In this document: one piece after another, positions 30,949 through 41,152 of the stretch | How the letters are laid out: each line of letters begins with the position of its first letter | Position numbering within the stretch: the stretch's first letter is position 1 | Made by a program: the position numbers and the translations under genes | From: Candidatus Eiseniibacteriota bacterium | Lineage (GTDB): Bacteria; Eisenbacteria; RBG-16-71-46; CAZEPH01 | DNA length: 64,000 nucleotides | Direction of reading: 5' to 3' | NCBI GenBank assembly: GCA_044229145.1 | Contig: JBGATO010000010.1 | Location: forward strand, 1 to 64,000 | Notes under the pieces: generated by a model | What the model was told of the DNA's origin: nothing | Seen by the model: the letters and a program-made list of their open reading frames with translations, nothing else | The model's database searches: none

Positions 30949-31857
30949 CTACGTCACGTCGAACTGCGTCAGCGCGCGCAGCCCGTGCAGCCGTTCGCGC
31001 AGGGCGTCGCGGGACGCCTGACAGAGCCCTTCGACGCTGAAGCCTTCGACCGCATACGACGCGGTCACCACACCGCAGGCCGCGGCCCGGCGGAGCGCCG
31101 GCTCGTCGATCGCGTCGCTCTCGGCGAGATGTCCGAGGAAGCCGCCGGCGAACGAGTCGCCCGCGCCGGTGGTGTCGAGCACCTGCTGCACCGGAAACGC
31201 CGGCACCGTGAACCGGAAGTCACGCCCGTAGAGCGCCGCGCCGTATTCGCCCATCTTCACCGCCACCACCTTCGGACCGATGTCGAGCACCGCGGCGGCG
31301 GCATCCGCGATGCGGCGGCGGCCGGTCAGCGAGATGATCTCGCCGTAATTGAGCAACGCGACGTCCACCTGCGCCAGCGCGCGGCGCAGCGCGTCCTGCT
31401 TGCGGGCAATCCAGAAGTCCATGGTGTCGAGCACCGAGATCTTCGGTTTACGGATCTGGCGCAGGACTTCGACCTGGAGGTCCGGGTCGATGTTGGCAAG
31501 GAAGACGTACTGCGCATCGCGCCACGCATCCGGCACCACCGGGTGGAAGTGTTCGAAGACGTTGAGTTCGGTGGCCAGCGTCTCCACCGAGTTCATGTCG
31601 TCGGCGTAGCGGCCACGCCACCGGAACGTGCGGCCCTCCGCCTTCTCGAGCCCGCTCAGGTCGACACCGCGGGTGCGCAGCAGGTCGTGGTGCTGCTGCG
31701 GAAAGTCGGTGCCGACGACGGCGACGAGATACACCGGGCAGAACAACCGCGCGGCAATCGAGAAGTACGACGCCGAGCCGCCGAGGATGTCCTCACGCCG
31801 GCCGTGCGGCGTTTCCACCGAGTCCAATGCCACGCTTCCGACCACTAGAACGCTCAC
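30949..31857 (-). CDS. PfkB-family carbohydrate/nucleoside kinase
   Basis: VVGSVALD, LGGSASY, VKMGEYGA, DTTGAGDSFAGG. Confidence 0.92.
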   Translation of the reverse strand: MSVLVVGSVALDSVETPHGRREDILGGSASYFSIAARLFCPVYLVAVVGTDFPQQHHDLLRTRGVDLSGLEKAEGRTFRWRGRYADDMNSVETLATELNVFEHFHPVVPDAWRDAQYVFLANIDPDLQVEVLRQIRKPKISVLDTMDFWIARKQDALRRALAQVDVALLNYGEIISLTGRRRIADAAAAVLDIGPKVVAVKMGEYGAALYGRDFRFTVPAFPVQQVLDTTGAGDSFAGGFLGHLAESDAIDEPALRRAAACGVVTASYAVEGFSVEGLCQASRDALRERLHGLRALTQFDVT

Positions 31858-31894
31858 TGCCCGTCCTCCCGCTCCATGCGCGCCGCGGCGCGTC

Positions 31895-33559
31895 TCACAT
31901 CGACTCGGGCGCCGAGACGCCCATCAGGTCCAGGCCACGCTTGACGACGATCTGGGTCGCGCGCGCCAACGCCAGGCGGGCACGCGAGAGGTCGCGGTCG
32001 TCGGAGATCACGCGGCAGTTGTGGTAGAAGGCGTGGAACGCCGTCGCCAGTTCTTGCAGGTACGTCGGCACGCGGTGCGGCTCGCGCGCCAGCGCCGCAC
32101 CGAGAATCAGGCGCGGAAAGGCCGCGAGTTGCCGCATCAGCGCCAGCTCGTAGTCGTCGGTGAGCCGCGTCCACGCCACGCCGTCGCTGGCCTCCGGCAG
32201 CACCACGCCCGCCTCCGCCGCCTTGGCGGCCAACTGGGTGATGCGCGCGTGCGCATACTGCACGTAGTAGACCGGATTGGCGTCGCTCGCCTCGCGCGCC
32301 AGCGTCAGGTCGAAGTCGAGTGGACTCGAGGTGCGGCGCATCAGGAAGAAGAAGCGCGCCGCGTCCACGCCCACTTCGTCGAGCAGATCCACCAGCGTGA
32401 CGAACTCGCCGGCGCGCTTCGACATCTTCACGACTTCGCCGTCGCGCTTGAGCGTCACCTGCTGGAGGATCATCACCTCGAGCCAGTCGGCGCCGTAGCC
32501 GAGCGCCTGCGCGGCGGCCTGCATGCGGGCGACGTAGCCGTGATGGTCCGGCCCCCAGATGTCGATCACGCGCGCGAAGCCGCGCTCGTGCTTGTCGCGG
32601 TGGTAGGCGATGTCGGCGAGCAGATAGGTCGGCCGGCCATCGGCGCGCACCACGACGCGATCCTTGTCGTCGCCGTAGGGCGTCGACACGAACCACACCG
32701 CGCCATCCTCGTCGCGGAGTTGCCCGCGCTCGGCAAGCAGCGCGCGGGTTTCCTCGACGCGGCCAGCGGCATGTAGAGTCGACTCGCTGAACCACATGTC
32801 GTACTCGACGCGGAAGCGCGCAAGGTCGCTGCGCTGCGACGAACCCGAACCGGCAAGCACCGTCTGCTTCATCGGCTCACGGTCTCCCGTGCGCCACGCG
32901 GCGAACAGACGTTCGGCCTCGCCGTCACTCAACGCCTGTGCCAGGTCGGTGACGTAGGCGCCCTTGTAGCCTTCCTCGGGCAATGCCGCCGGCAAGCCGT
33001 CGGTGCCGACGCGGCCGAAGCGCTCCGCGAGGCGGAACGCGAACGATTCGGCCAGCAGATCGACCTGATTCCCAGCATCGTTGACGTAGAACTCACTCTG
33101 CGCGTCGAAGCCGGCCGCGCGCAGCAAGCGGACCAGCGTGTCCCCCACCGAGGCGGCGCGCGCGCTGACCACGTTGAGCGGACCGGTGGGATTGGCGCTG
33201 ACGAACTCGACCTGCACGCGCTGTCCGGCGCCACGATCGCAGCAGCCATAGGTGTCCGGAGCGTCGAGGATGCGTGCCATCTCGGCGTGGAACGCGGCCG
33301 GCGTCAGGCGGAAGTTGAGGAAACCGGGCGGCGCGATCTCCGCCGCCTGCAGGAAGTCGTCCGCCGGCAGCGCAGCGACGATGCGCTGCGCGATGTCGAG
33401 CGGCTTCTGCTTGAGCGTCTTCGCCAACTGTAGGGCGACGGTGGTTGCGAGATCGCCGTGACGGACGTCGCGGGGCGGATCGAGTGTGACGAGTGTGCCC
33501 TCGCCGCCCGCCGCCTCGACGGCAGCAGCGACGCGGGCGCGTAGCACGTCGTCGATCAT
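31895..33559 (-). CDS. argS: Arginyl-tRNA synthetase
   Basis: VEFVSANPTGPL, FYVNDAGNQ, GDDKDRV, WGPDHHGY, KMSKRAG, NPVYYVQYAHAR, GVSAPESM end. Confidence 0.95.
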   Translation of the reverse strand: MIDDVLRARVAAAVEAAGGEGTLVTLDPPRDVRHGDLATTVALQLAKTLKQKPLDIAQRIVAALPADDFLQAAEIAPPGFLNFRLTPAAFHAEMARILDAPDTYGCCDRGAGQRVQVEFVSANPTGPLNVVSARAASVGDTLVRLLRAAGFDAQSEFYVNDAGNQVDLLAESFAFRLAERFGRVGTDGLPAALPEEGYKGAYVTDLAQALSDGEAERLFAAWRTGDREPMKQTVLAGSGSSQRSDLARFRVEYDMWFSESTLHAAGRVEETRALLAERGQLRDEDGAVWFVSTPYGDDKDRVVVRADGRPTYLLADIAYHRDKHERGFARVIDIWGPDHHGYVARMQAAAQALGYGADWLEVMILQQVTLKRDGEVVKMSKRAGEFVTLVDLLDEVGVDAARFFFLMRRTSSPLDFDLTLAREASDANPVYYVQYAHARITQLAAKAAEAGVVLPEASDGVAWTRLTDDYELALMRQLAAFPRLILGAALAREPHRVPTYLQELATAFHAFYHNCRVISDDRDLSRARLALARATQIVVKRGLDLMGVSAPESM

Positions 33560-34040
33560 GCGCGGGATCCGGCGGTGTCCGGCGCCGCGCGGCGCGCCAC
33601 ATCGACGGCCACCTCGCGTCGCGCATCGCCCCACAAGCGTTCGAGCATGTAGTAGTCGCGCGCCGCCGGCTGGAAAATATGGACGACGACGTCGACGTAG
33701 TCCATCAGCACCCAGCTCGAGGCCTGGAGACCTTCGACGTGCCAGGGCTTGTCGCCACGCGAGACGCGCACCTGCTCTTCGATCTCATCGGCGATGGCGC
33801 GCACCTGGGTGTCGGTGTTGCCGGTAGCGAGCACGAAGAAGTCGGCCACCGGGGAGATGTCGCCGACGTGCAAGATGATGACGTCGGTGGCCTTCTTGGC
33901 GAGCGCGCACTGCGCCGCGTCGCGCGCCAAGGCATGCGCCGCGGCGCGCGCGCCTCCTCGAGGCTCTTGCCGGATCGTGGGCGAATCGGACTGCTGCTGA
34001 TGGGAGCCTCCGTGGACGGGCGGGACGGCACCGCGCTCAT
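33556..34040 (-). CDS. rsfS: Ribosome silencing factor; probable 2-nt indel in the GC repeat at about 33950
   Basis: KKATDV, ADFFVLATG, QVRAIAD, WVLMDYVDVVVHIF, RDYYMLERLWGD; ATG at 34040 overlaps the ispB stop but is out of frame by 2 nt. Confidence 0.88.
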
Positions 34041-35188
34041 GTGCGACGTGCCATGACGTACGCGACGGCGTCGGCAAGCGCATCGCGCACTGGCGACGCG
34101 GGCAACTGCGTGAGCGCCTCGTGGGCGTCGGCGGCGCACTGTGCGGCGCGCTCGCGCGCCACCTCGATGCCACCGTTCTCTTGGATGAATTGCAGGACGG
34201 CGTCCCACGTCGCGTCGGAGATGTCGCGCTGGGCGATCAGGGCACGCACCTCGTCGGCGCGCTCGCGCGGCGCGCGTGCCAGCGCGGCGATCAACGGCAA
34301 CGTGATCTTGCCTTCGCGCAAGTCGGTGCCGGCCGGCTTCCCCGTCTCTTCGGACGCCGACAGATAGTCGATGAGGTCGTCGGTGATCTGGAACGCGCGG
34401 CCGATCGCCATGCCGTAGCGGCGCAGCGTGTCCACCGCGGTGCCGCCGCCGAGCAACGCGCCGATCTCGCACGAGGCCTGCACCAGCGACGCCGTCTTGT
34501 TGGTGATCATCGCCTCGTAATCGGCTTCGGTCACGTGCACGTTGTGGCGATTCTCGAGTTGCTGCATCTCGCCAATGGACATTTCGTTGGTGGTGTCGGC
34601 GAGGATGCGCATGGCGTCCCACAGATCGTGGTGCACGAGGGTGGAAAACGCCTTCGAGTACATGTAGTCACCCATGATGATCGACACGTCGTCGTCCCAC
34701 AGGTGGTTCACGGTCGGGATGCCGCGGCGCAGCAGGCTCTTGTCGAGCGAGTCGTCGTGGATGAGCGTCGCGGTGTGCACGAGTTCGACGACGGCGGCGG
34801 CGCGGGCGCGGCGGGCGCGCGCGGCGGCATCGTCCGGCGCCGGTCCGGCGGCGTGCGCGGAGAGCAGCATCAAGGTTGGACGGAATTTCTTGCCGACGCC
34901 GATCATCACGTGCGCGGCCACTTGTCCAATCAGGCCGGCGTTCGCGCTCAGCAACTCGATCAGAATCTCGTCGACCAGCGCGAGCTCGTCTGCGACCGCG
35001 TGCTGGAACGGCGCCAGCGGCTTCTTCCGGGGCAGGGTGCGCGCGAGCGCGGCCGCCTGGGCGGCGGCCGGGGAAACGGGCTCCACGTGCAGAGGACTTG
35101 CCGGGTGCGCCATTCGCCTGCCCTTTCCGGGTCTCGCCTCGCTCACGGCACCGCCACGCGGCGCCCGAGCGTCTCGTCCATCACGCAC
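34037..35188 (-). CDS. Polyprenyl diphosphate synthase (IspB/HepT-like); true start probably 35113-35146
   Basis: GKKFRP, ELVHTATLIHDD, RRG, GDY, KTA, FQITDDLID, DLREGKITLP. Confidence 0.92.
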   Translation of the reverse strand: MRDGRDARAPRGGAVSEARPGKGRRMAHPASPLHVEPVSPAAAQAAALARTLPRKKPLAPFQHAVADELALVDEILIELLSANAGLIGQVAAHVMIGVGKKFRPTLMLLSAHAAGPAPDDAAARARRARAAAVVELVHTATLIHDDSLDKSLLRRGIPTVNHLWDDDVSIIMGDYMYSKAFSTLVHHDLWDAMRILADTTNEMSIGEMQQLENRHNVHVTEADYEAMITNKTASLVQASCEIGALLGGGTAVDTLRRYGMAIGRAFQITDDLIDYLSASEETGKPAGTDLREGKITLPLIAALARAPRERADEVRALIAQRDISDATWDAVLQFIQENGGIEVARERAAQCAADAHEALTQLPASPVRDALADAVAYVMARRT

Positions 35189-35272
35189 CGAACCGCCACA
35201 CCGAAACGGTGCGGCGGCTCGGCCGTGACCTGCAACACCTCGGAGCGCCGCCGCAGGGCGGCGCGACGAGGA

Positions 35273-35722
35273 CTACTGCCCGAGGCTACGCACGTACGCC
35301 AAGACGTCCGCGATTTCCTGGTCCGTCATGCCCGTGGCACCCCACGCCGGCATCACGCCGCTCTTGCCGTTCTTGATCGAGTTGAACAGGTCCGCGTCAG
35401 TCTTCGTCGACATGTACGCCGTGTCGTGGAAGTTCCGCGGCTTCGGGTTGAGCGCCTTGCCGCCTTCGCCGTCACCCGTGCCGGTGGCACCGTGGCACAG
35501 CGCGCACTTGGCGGTGAAGGTGTCCTTGCCCTTTGCCGCGTCGCCGGCGGGGATCGCCGCCGGAGCCGCCGCTTCGGTCTGCGCCGGGGCGGTCTGTGCC
35601 GACGTGTCGGTGCCGCTCGCGGCCTCTTCCTTCTTGCCACCACAACCGGTCAGAGCCGGCACCACCACCACGGCGGCGAGAAGCGCTGCCGTCGAAAGCA
35701 CGATCGAGAGCTTGCGTTGCAT
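35273..35722 (-). CDS. Monoheme class I cytochrome c lipoprotein
   Basis: Lipobox LTGC, Ala/Pro linker, CALCH heme motif, distal Met in VMPAW; GGAGG SD. Confidence 0.9.
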   Translation of the reverse strand: MQRKLSIVLSTAALLAAVVVVPALTGCGGKKEEAASGTDTSAQTAPAQTEAAAPAAIPAGDAAKGKDTFTAKCALCHGATGTGDGEGGKALNPKPRNFHDTAYMSTKTDADLFNSIKNGKSGVMPAWGATGMTDQEIADVLAYVRSLGQ

Positions 35723-35846
35723 CCGAGTTCTTCCTCCATCCATCAGCCACCGATTGCGTCCAGCGCCGCCGGAGGGAACGTGGCAGCGCACGCGGGTCGC
35801 GGAACGTCGCCCGCAGGCGCTTCGTCCGGATCGCAAAAGCGGCGGA

Positions 35847-35876
35847 AGTCTATGTTCGTAGCGTGGTTGCTGTCAA
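35847..35876 (-). promoter_or_regulatory. Sigma-70 promoter for the cytochrome c gene
   Basis: TTGACA-N18-TAGACT. Confidence 0.65.
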
Positions 35877-37324
35877 TCATTCTGCCCGGGGGCAGGCGTG
35901 GCGAGCAGATCCAACAGGCGATCGCGGGTGTTCCAATCGGGGTGCTCGATCACCGCTTCGAGCGCCCGGTCGAGCGCCTGGCGCACCGCCGGGCCGGGCG
36001 CCACGCCGAGCGCCGCCATGACGTCCCGGCCGTCGATGGCGAGCTGCGTCCGGTCGAGTGCCGGGGCACACGCGGGCCTCCGCCTCGATCCGGCGGCGTA
36101 ATCCGTCCATATACCCGGGGAAACCCTGCTTGAGGCCATTCCCCACGTAATCTGCGACACGCAAGTCGAACAGATCGCCGATGGCCTCTGGTCCGACGCG
36201 CCGCACGAAACGCCGGACCGTGGCGTCCGTCCACTCCGGCTGATAGGCGAACATGTGCTCGCGCACCAAGTGCGTCACCTGCTCGCGGTCGCGGCGGCTG
36301 GCCCGCAAGCGCTCCAGGATGCGCTCGGACAGCGTCGCGCTGACCACTTCGTGGTCGTAGAAGGTGGCATCGCCGTCGCGCATCACGCGGGTCGCGGGCT
36401 TGCCGATGTCGTGGAACAGCGCGGCCCAGCGCACCGCCGGCTTGTCGGCGGGTGCCGCGTCCACTGTGGCCAGGGTGTGGCGGAACACATCGTACGCGTG
36501 GAACCGGTTCTGCCCGACATCGCGCGTCAGGTCGAGTTCCGGCAGCACCACGGCGAGCAGCCCGGTTTCCGCCATCAGCTCGAAGGCCACCGACGGACGC
36601 GGCAGCGCGAGAATCTTCTCGAGTTCGTCGCGGACGCGTTCGGCCGCCAGACAGGCAGCGCGCGGCGCATGGCGACGCAGCGCGGCGCGCAGCCCGTCCT
36701 CGAGACGCAAATCGAGGCGCGCCGCGAAGCGCACCGCGCGCAACAGGCGCAATGCATCTTCGGCGAGACGTGCGTCGGCGTCGCCCACCGCGCGTAGCAC
36801 GCCGCGGCGCAGGTCGTCGACGCCTCCGACGTAATCGAGGATCACGCCGCGCACCGGATCGCAGGCTAGCGCGTTGACCGTGAAGTCGCGGCGCTGCACG
36901 TCCTCCGCGACCGTCGCCGCGAAGGCGATGCTGTCGGGATGCCGCGCGTCGCCGTAGCGGCCGTCGCGCCGAAAGGTCGTCACCTCGAGGGGCGCGAGTC
37001 CGCTCTCCGCCGGCAGGTGGACGAGGACGGTGCCGAACTCCGGCGCGATCGGCGTCACCCGCGCAAACACCTGCGCGACCTCGGCCGGCGTGGCCGCGGT
37101 GGCGATGTCCTGAAGTCGTGCACCGGCCTCGCGGAGCAGATCGCGCACCGCACCGCCGACCAGCGCGGCGTCGAAGCCGGCCTCCTGGGCAGCGCACGAC
37201 AGCGGTCACGGCCGGCGGAATGCGCGCGGCCGCCGCGGCGGCGAGCGCCGGGCACCGCGCCCGCCGCCGCGCGACGCGTCGGCCACCGTGGCCACCGGCG
37301 TGGGCGATCGTGCGTGTCGTCCAT
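35873..37324 (-). CDS. cca: CCA tRNA nucleotidyltransferase with HD domain (several frameshifts)
   Basis: LVGGAVRD, EVTTFR, RRDFTVNA, EDALRLLRAVRF, ERVRDE, LFHDIGKP; C-terminal LAIDGRDVM..GPAV lies in another frame. Confidence 0.88.
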
Positions 37325-37358
37325 CCTGGCATGGTAGCAGACGGACTCACGCCGCGCG

Positions 37359-37387
37359 TTGACAGCACGCGCCGCCGCCGGGATGCT
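37359..37387 (+). promoter_or_regulatory. Sigma-70 promoter candidate for the NUDIX gene
   Basis: TTGACA-N17-GATGCT. Confidence 0.5.
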
Positions 37388-37407
37388 CGCGACATGAGGA
37401 CGACTCG

Positions 37408-37914
37408 ATGACCTTCACGTACTGCCCGCTCTGCGCCACCCCGCTCGAGCACGTGCAGCTGAAAGTGGGCGAACCGCCGCGTGACGCGTGCCCGGCCTGC
37501 GACTTCGTGCATTACGACCAGCCGGCCATCGCGGTCGGCGGCATCTTCCAGATCGACGGACGCGTTGCGCTCTTGCGCCGCGGCATCGAGCCGGGCTACG
37601 GCGATTGGGTGTTCCCCGGCGGCTACGTCGACCGCGGGGAAAGCCTCGAGGAAGCGGTGGTGCGCGAGACCCGCGAGGAGGTCGGGGTCGACGTGCGGGT
37701 GGATGGGCTGCTCAACATCTTCTCGTATCGTCGGCGCGGGCTGATCATCGCCGTGTACGAGACGTCGTTCGTGGCGGGCTCGCTGCGGGCGCTCGATGAG
37801 TCGCTGGAGGTGGCGACGTTCGCCCCGCGCGACATTCCGTGGGCGCAACTCGCGTTTCCGAGCACGCGCCACGCCATCGCCGAGTACCTCCTGCGCCGCG
37901 GGCTCCGGACGTGA
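37408..37914 (+). CDS. NUDIX hydrolase with N-terminal zinc ribbon
   Basis: CPLC...CPAC, Nudix box GGYVDRGESLEEAVVRETREEVG. Confidence 0.92.
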   Translation: MTFTYCPLCATPLEHVQLKVGEPPRDACPACDFVHYDQPAIAVGGIFQIDGRVALLRRGIEPGYGDWVFPGGYVDRGESLEEAVVRETREEVGVDVRVDGLLNIFSYRRRGLIIAVYETSFVAGSLRALDESLEVATFAPRDIPWAQLAFPSTRHAIAEYLLRRGLRT

Positions 37915-38342
37915 GGCACGCGGCGTGGGGCGTCGCGCTGCTGCTCCTGCCGGCGACCACGCACGCGGGCCCGGCGGCGGACGCCTACCGCGTCGTCTGT
38001 CGGCACGAGATCGCGCTCCTCGCGCCCGCGGTGCGCGACAGTTCCGATGCTGCACCCCACCGCCGGCTGTGGCTCGCGCCCACGACGCGCGACGAGTGGA
38101 TCGCGTTCGACAAGGCGCTGCATTTCTCGGTGAGTTATGGCGCTTTCCTTACCTTCCGTCTGGCGGAAGGCAACTCGGCCGCTGCCGCGGCGTCCGCCCT
38201 GGGGTTGGGTGTGTTGAAGGAAGCGCACGATGTGTGGTGGCGCGCCCCCGGACCGACGCAGGGCGCGAGCTGGCGCGATTTGGTGGTCGATGCACTGGGC
38301 GTCGCGGCGGGCGCCGCTGCGTGGAGCGCACTCGACCCCTGA
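37911..38342 (+). CDS. YfiM/DUF2279-like membrane protein
   Basis: DKALHF, GVLKEAHD, GASWRDLVVDALG; GTG start overlaps the NUDIX stop. Confidence 0.7.
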   Translation: MRHAAWGVALLLLPATTHAGPAADAYRVVCRHEIALLAPAVRDSSDAAPHRRLWLAPTTRDEWIAFDKALHFSVSYGAFLTFRLAEGNSAAAAASALGLGVLKEAHDVWWRAPGPTQGASWRDLVVDALGVAAGAAAWSALDP

Positions 38343-38350
38343 GCGGTGCA

Positions 38351-39388
38351 CTACGCCGAGTGCAGTTTGTGCGCCAAACCTTGCCGGGGATCGTCACCGC
38401 GCCCCTCGCGCGCGGCGCGGAGCGCTTCGTAAGCCGCGCGTTCCGCGCCGGACAGCGCGGGGCGGGTCGCCCATTGCAGCCGCACGAGGAGATCGCCGGC
38501 GGCCGCACCCGCGCGCCCCGGCAACCCCTGGCCGCGCACGCGGAGCAAACTGCCGATACTCGCGCCTTCGGGGACGGTCAGGCGGACCGAACCGGTGAGC
38601 GTCGGCACGTCGATGCGCGCGCCGAGCGCCACTTCGTGGTCGAGGACCGGAACGTCGACCACCACGTCGCGGCCACGAACCTCGATTCCCGGCGGCAGCA
38701 CGTACCGCACCGTGAGGTGGATCTCTTGACCTCCGGGGCGCACGCGCAACACGGCGCCGTTCTCGATGCCGGCCGGAATCCGCACGTCGAGCGTGCGCGG
38801 CTCGCCGGAGACACCGCGTCCCCCGCACGTCGGACACACGGTGTGGCTCATGGCGACGCGGCGGCGGCCCTGCGACGCGTGCTGGGTCACGGTGCCGCGC
38901 CCTCGACAGGTGGCGCACGGCGCCGAACGCACGGAGAGCCGCCGCTGGGCTCCGTGCAAGACATCCTGCAGCGACACCTCCACGGTAGCCTCGGCGGGCG
39001 CGCTGGTAGGGGCAGCAGCGGAGACATCCCCGAAGACGTCGCCCATGCCGCCGAACATCGACCCGCCCGCGCCGCCGAAGAAGAGATCGAAGAAGTCGCT
39101 GAAGCCTGATGCATGCGTCCCCGAGGCGCCGGATGCGCGGCCGCCTCCGCCGCCCTGCGTCGCGCGCTCCCAATCGGGACCGAGCTGATCGTAGCGACGG
39201 CGCTTCTCGGCGTCGCCGAGTACGGCGTAGGCCTCGGAAATCTGCTTGAAGCGCTCCGCCGATCCGGGATCGCCCTTGTTGACGTCCGGATGGTGCTGTT
39301 TCGCGAGGCGGCGGTACGCGCTCTTGATCTCGGATTCCGATGCGCCGCGCGTGACTCCCAGCGTGGCGTAGTAATCTTGAAACTGCAC
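38351..39388 (-). CDS. DnaJ/CbpA-family J-domain chaperone
   Basis: DYYATLGV, HPD, G/F region, two CxxCxGxG repeats, DnaJ C-terminal domain; GGAGG SD before GTG. Confidence 0.9.
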   Translation of the reverse strand: MQFQDYYATLGVTRGASESEIKSAYRRLAKQHHPDVNKGDPGSAERFKQISEAYAVLGDAEKRRRYDQLGPDWERATQGGGGGRASGASGTHASGFSDFFDLFFGGAGGSMFGGMGDVFGDVSAAAPTSAPAEATVEVSLQDVLHGAQRRLSVRSAPCATCRGRGTVTQHASQGRRRVAMSHTVCPTCGGRGVSGEPRTLDVRIPAGIENGAVLRVRPGGQEIHLTVRYVLPPGIEVRGRDVVVDVPVLDHEVALGARIDVPTLTGSVRLTVPEGASIGSLLRVRGQGLPGRAGAAAGDLLVRLQWATRPALSGAERAAYEALRAAREGRGDDPRQGLAHKLHSA

Positions 39389-39401
39389 TCTCGTCCTCCG
39401 C

Positions 39402-40547
39402 TCATCCCTGTCGGCTCCGGCGTCGCGGCCGGGCATACCGTCCCGCCGGGTCACGCTCCACGGTACCCGTGAGGGCCAGCCGCTCGAGCAGACCTGAAAG
39501 CGCCGACGCCGGCATCGCGGTGGCGCGCGCCAGGTCGTCGAGGCTGCGGGGCCGAACGGTGAGATGCGACGCGAGCGGCTCCGGAATCGCCGCCTCGCCC
39601 GCGTGCAGCCCGTCCGCCTCGACCCTCCGCCACGTCAATCCGCACGCCTCGGCGACATCCTCCGCGCGTTCCACGAGCGCGGCTCCGTGGCGCAAGAGGT
39701 CGTGCGGTCCTGCGCTCCCGGGCGCATGGATATCGCCCGGCACCGCGCAGACCTCTCGATTCTGGTCGAGTGCGTAGCGCGCCGTGACCAGCGCGCCCGA
39801 CTTGAACGCGGCCTCCACCACGACGACCCCGCGCGCCAGTCCACTGACCAGACGATTGCGCGCGGGAAAGTGATGCGGGCGCCCCTCCGTGCCGGGAAGA
39901 TACTCCGAGACCAGCGCGCCGGTCTCGCCGATCGTCCGGTGCAGCGCGCGATTCTCGACCGGAAAGCAGATGTCCACGCCGGTGCCGAGAACCGCGATGG
40001 TCGTCCCGCCCGCCTCGAGCGCGCCGCGATGCGCCGACGCATCGACGCCGCGCGCCAGACCGCTGATCACCACGACGCCGGCCGAGGCGAGATCGCTCGC
40101 CAGCAGGCGCGCCACGTCCTTGCCGTACTCCGATGCCCGGCGTGTCCCGACGATGGCGATCCCCGGTGCCGCAGCGAGCGCCGCCGGGCCGCGCACGAAA
40201 AGCACGGCAGGCCGATGGGCGATTGCGCGCAATGGCGCAGGATAGTCGGCATCGTCCACGGCGATACAGCGCGCACCGAGTTCGCGCAGTCGATGCACGC
40301 GGCGCGACCCGGCGACGCTCTCGGCGTCGCGACGCATCGCGTTCCACTGCGCGCGAACACGATGGAGGAAGGGCGGAAGCGGCGCGGGATCGCGTGGCGG
40401 CGCAGCGCCGGCGAGAAAAGCCTCCCACGTGCCGGGAGGCGTGGGGTGCGCATCATCGCACCCCCGCAAGTACGCCAGCGCGGCGGGGCCGCCGTGAGGC
40501 GCGTCGAGCACCGCGCATGCCGCGCGGGCTTCCTCTTCGTTCACCAC
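39402..40547 (-). CDS. dprA: DNA-processing protein
   Basis: YPAPL, AIVGTR, ISGLARGVD, FPARNRLVSGL, VVEAAFKSGAL, VPG; C-terminal winged helix. Confidence 0.93.
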   Translation of the reverse strand: MVNEEEARAACAVLDAPHGGPAALAYLRGCDDAHPTPPGTWEAFLAGAAPPRDPAPLPPFLHRVRAQWNAMRRDAESVAGSRRVHRLRELGARCIAVDDADYPAPLRAIAHRPAVLFVRGPAALAAAPGIAIVGTRRASEYGKDVARLLASDLASAGVVVISGLARGVDASAHRGALEAGGTTIAVLGTGVDICFPVENRALHRTIGETGALVSEYLPGTEGRPHHFPARNRLVSGLARGVVVVEAAFKSGALVTARYALDQNREVCAVPGDIHAPGSAGPHDLLRHGAALVERAEDVAEACGLTWRRVEADGLHAGEAAIPEPLASHLTVRPRSLDDLARATAMPASALSGLLERLALTGTVERDPAGRYARPRRRSRQG

Positions 40548-40592
40548 CCCTCCCCTGTCGGCCAGCCCCCGCCGGCCCTCCTGCACCGCGAA

Positions 40593-41141
40593 CTACGTTC
40601 GCAGCGGCTCCAACAGCATGTCGGCTCGCTCGGACTCGCGAACGCCATCGCCCAGCGCGTCCGTGATGCGTGCGGCGATCGAGGGGTGCCGCTGGCGGGT
40701 GTCATCGAGGAAGCGCGCCCGCACCGCCGAGTCGAGCTTTCGCACGCCCAGTGCCACCGCGCGCTCCCCCCCGGCCGACGCCAATGCGATCAACGCGTCG
40801 TAGCCCGCCTCGCGCACCGAGCGGTTGCTGTCGAGCAAGAGCGCGGCCACGCTCGCCGCCGTCTCGGTGGCGCCCAGGCGGCCGAGCACCGTTGCCGCAA
40901 TCGCACGGCTGTACCACAGTCCGGTCGCCAGGACGCCGAGCACCTCTCCGGTGACGCGCCGCCCGCGTTCAGTGACCGCCGCGGCGGCGAGGTCGCGGAC
41001 GTACCAACTCTCGTCGCGGAGCAGATCCACGAGGGCTCCGTCGCTGTCGGCGTCCCGCGAGGCGCGCAGTTCCGCGACGCGGCGCTTCTTGGCCTCGAGA
41101 TTCAAAGAGCGGTCCAGGTGACCGCGATCGCGCAGTGCCAT
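40593..41141 (-). CDS. HEAT-repeat protein
   Basis: LLRDESWYVRDLAA, WYSRAIAATVLG and LLLDSNRSVREA repeats. Confidence 0.75.
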   Translation of the reverse strand: MALRDRGHLDRSLNLEAKKRRVAELRASRDADSDGALVDLLRDESWYVRDLAAAAVTERGRRVTGEVLGVLATGLWYSRAIAATVLGRLGATETAASVAALLLDSNRSVREAGYDALIALASAGGERAVALGVRKLDSAVRARFLDDTRQRHPSIAARITDALGDGVRESERADMLLEPLRT

Positions 41142-41152
41142 ACGTCCGTCCT

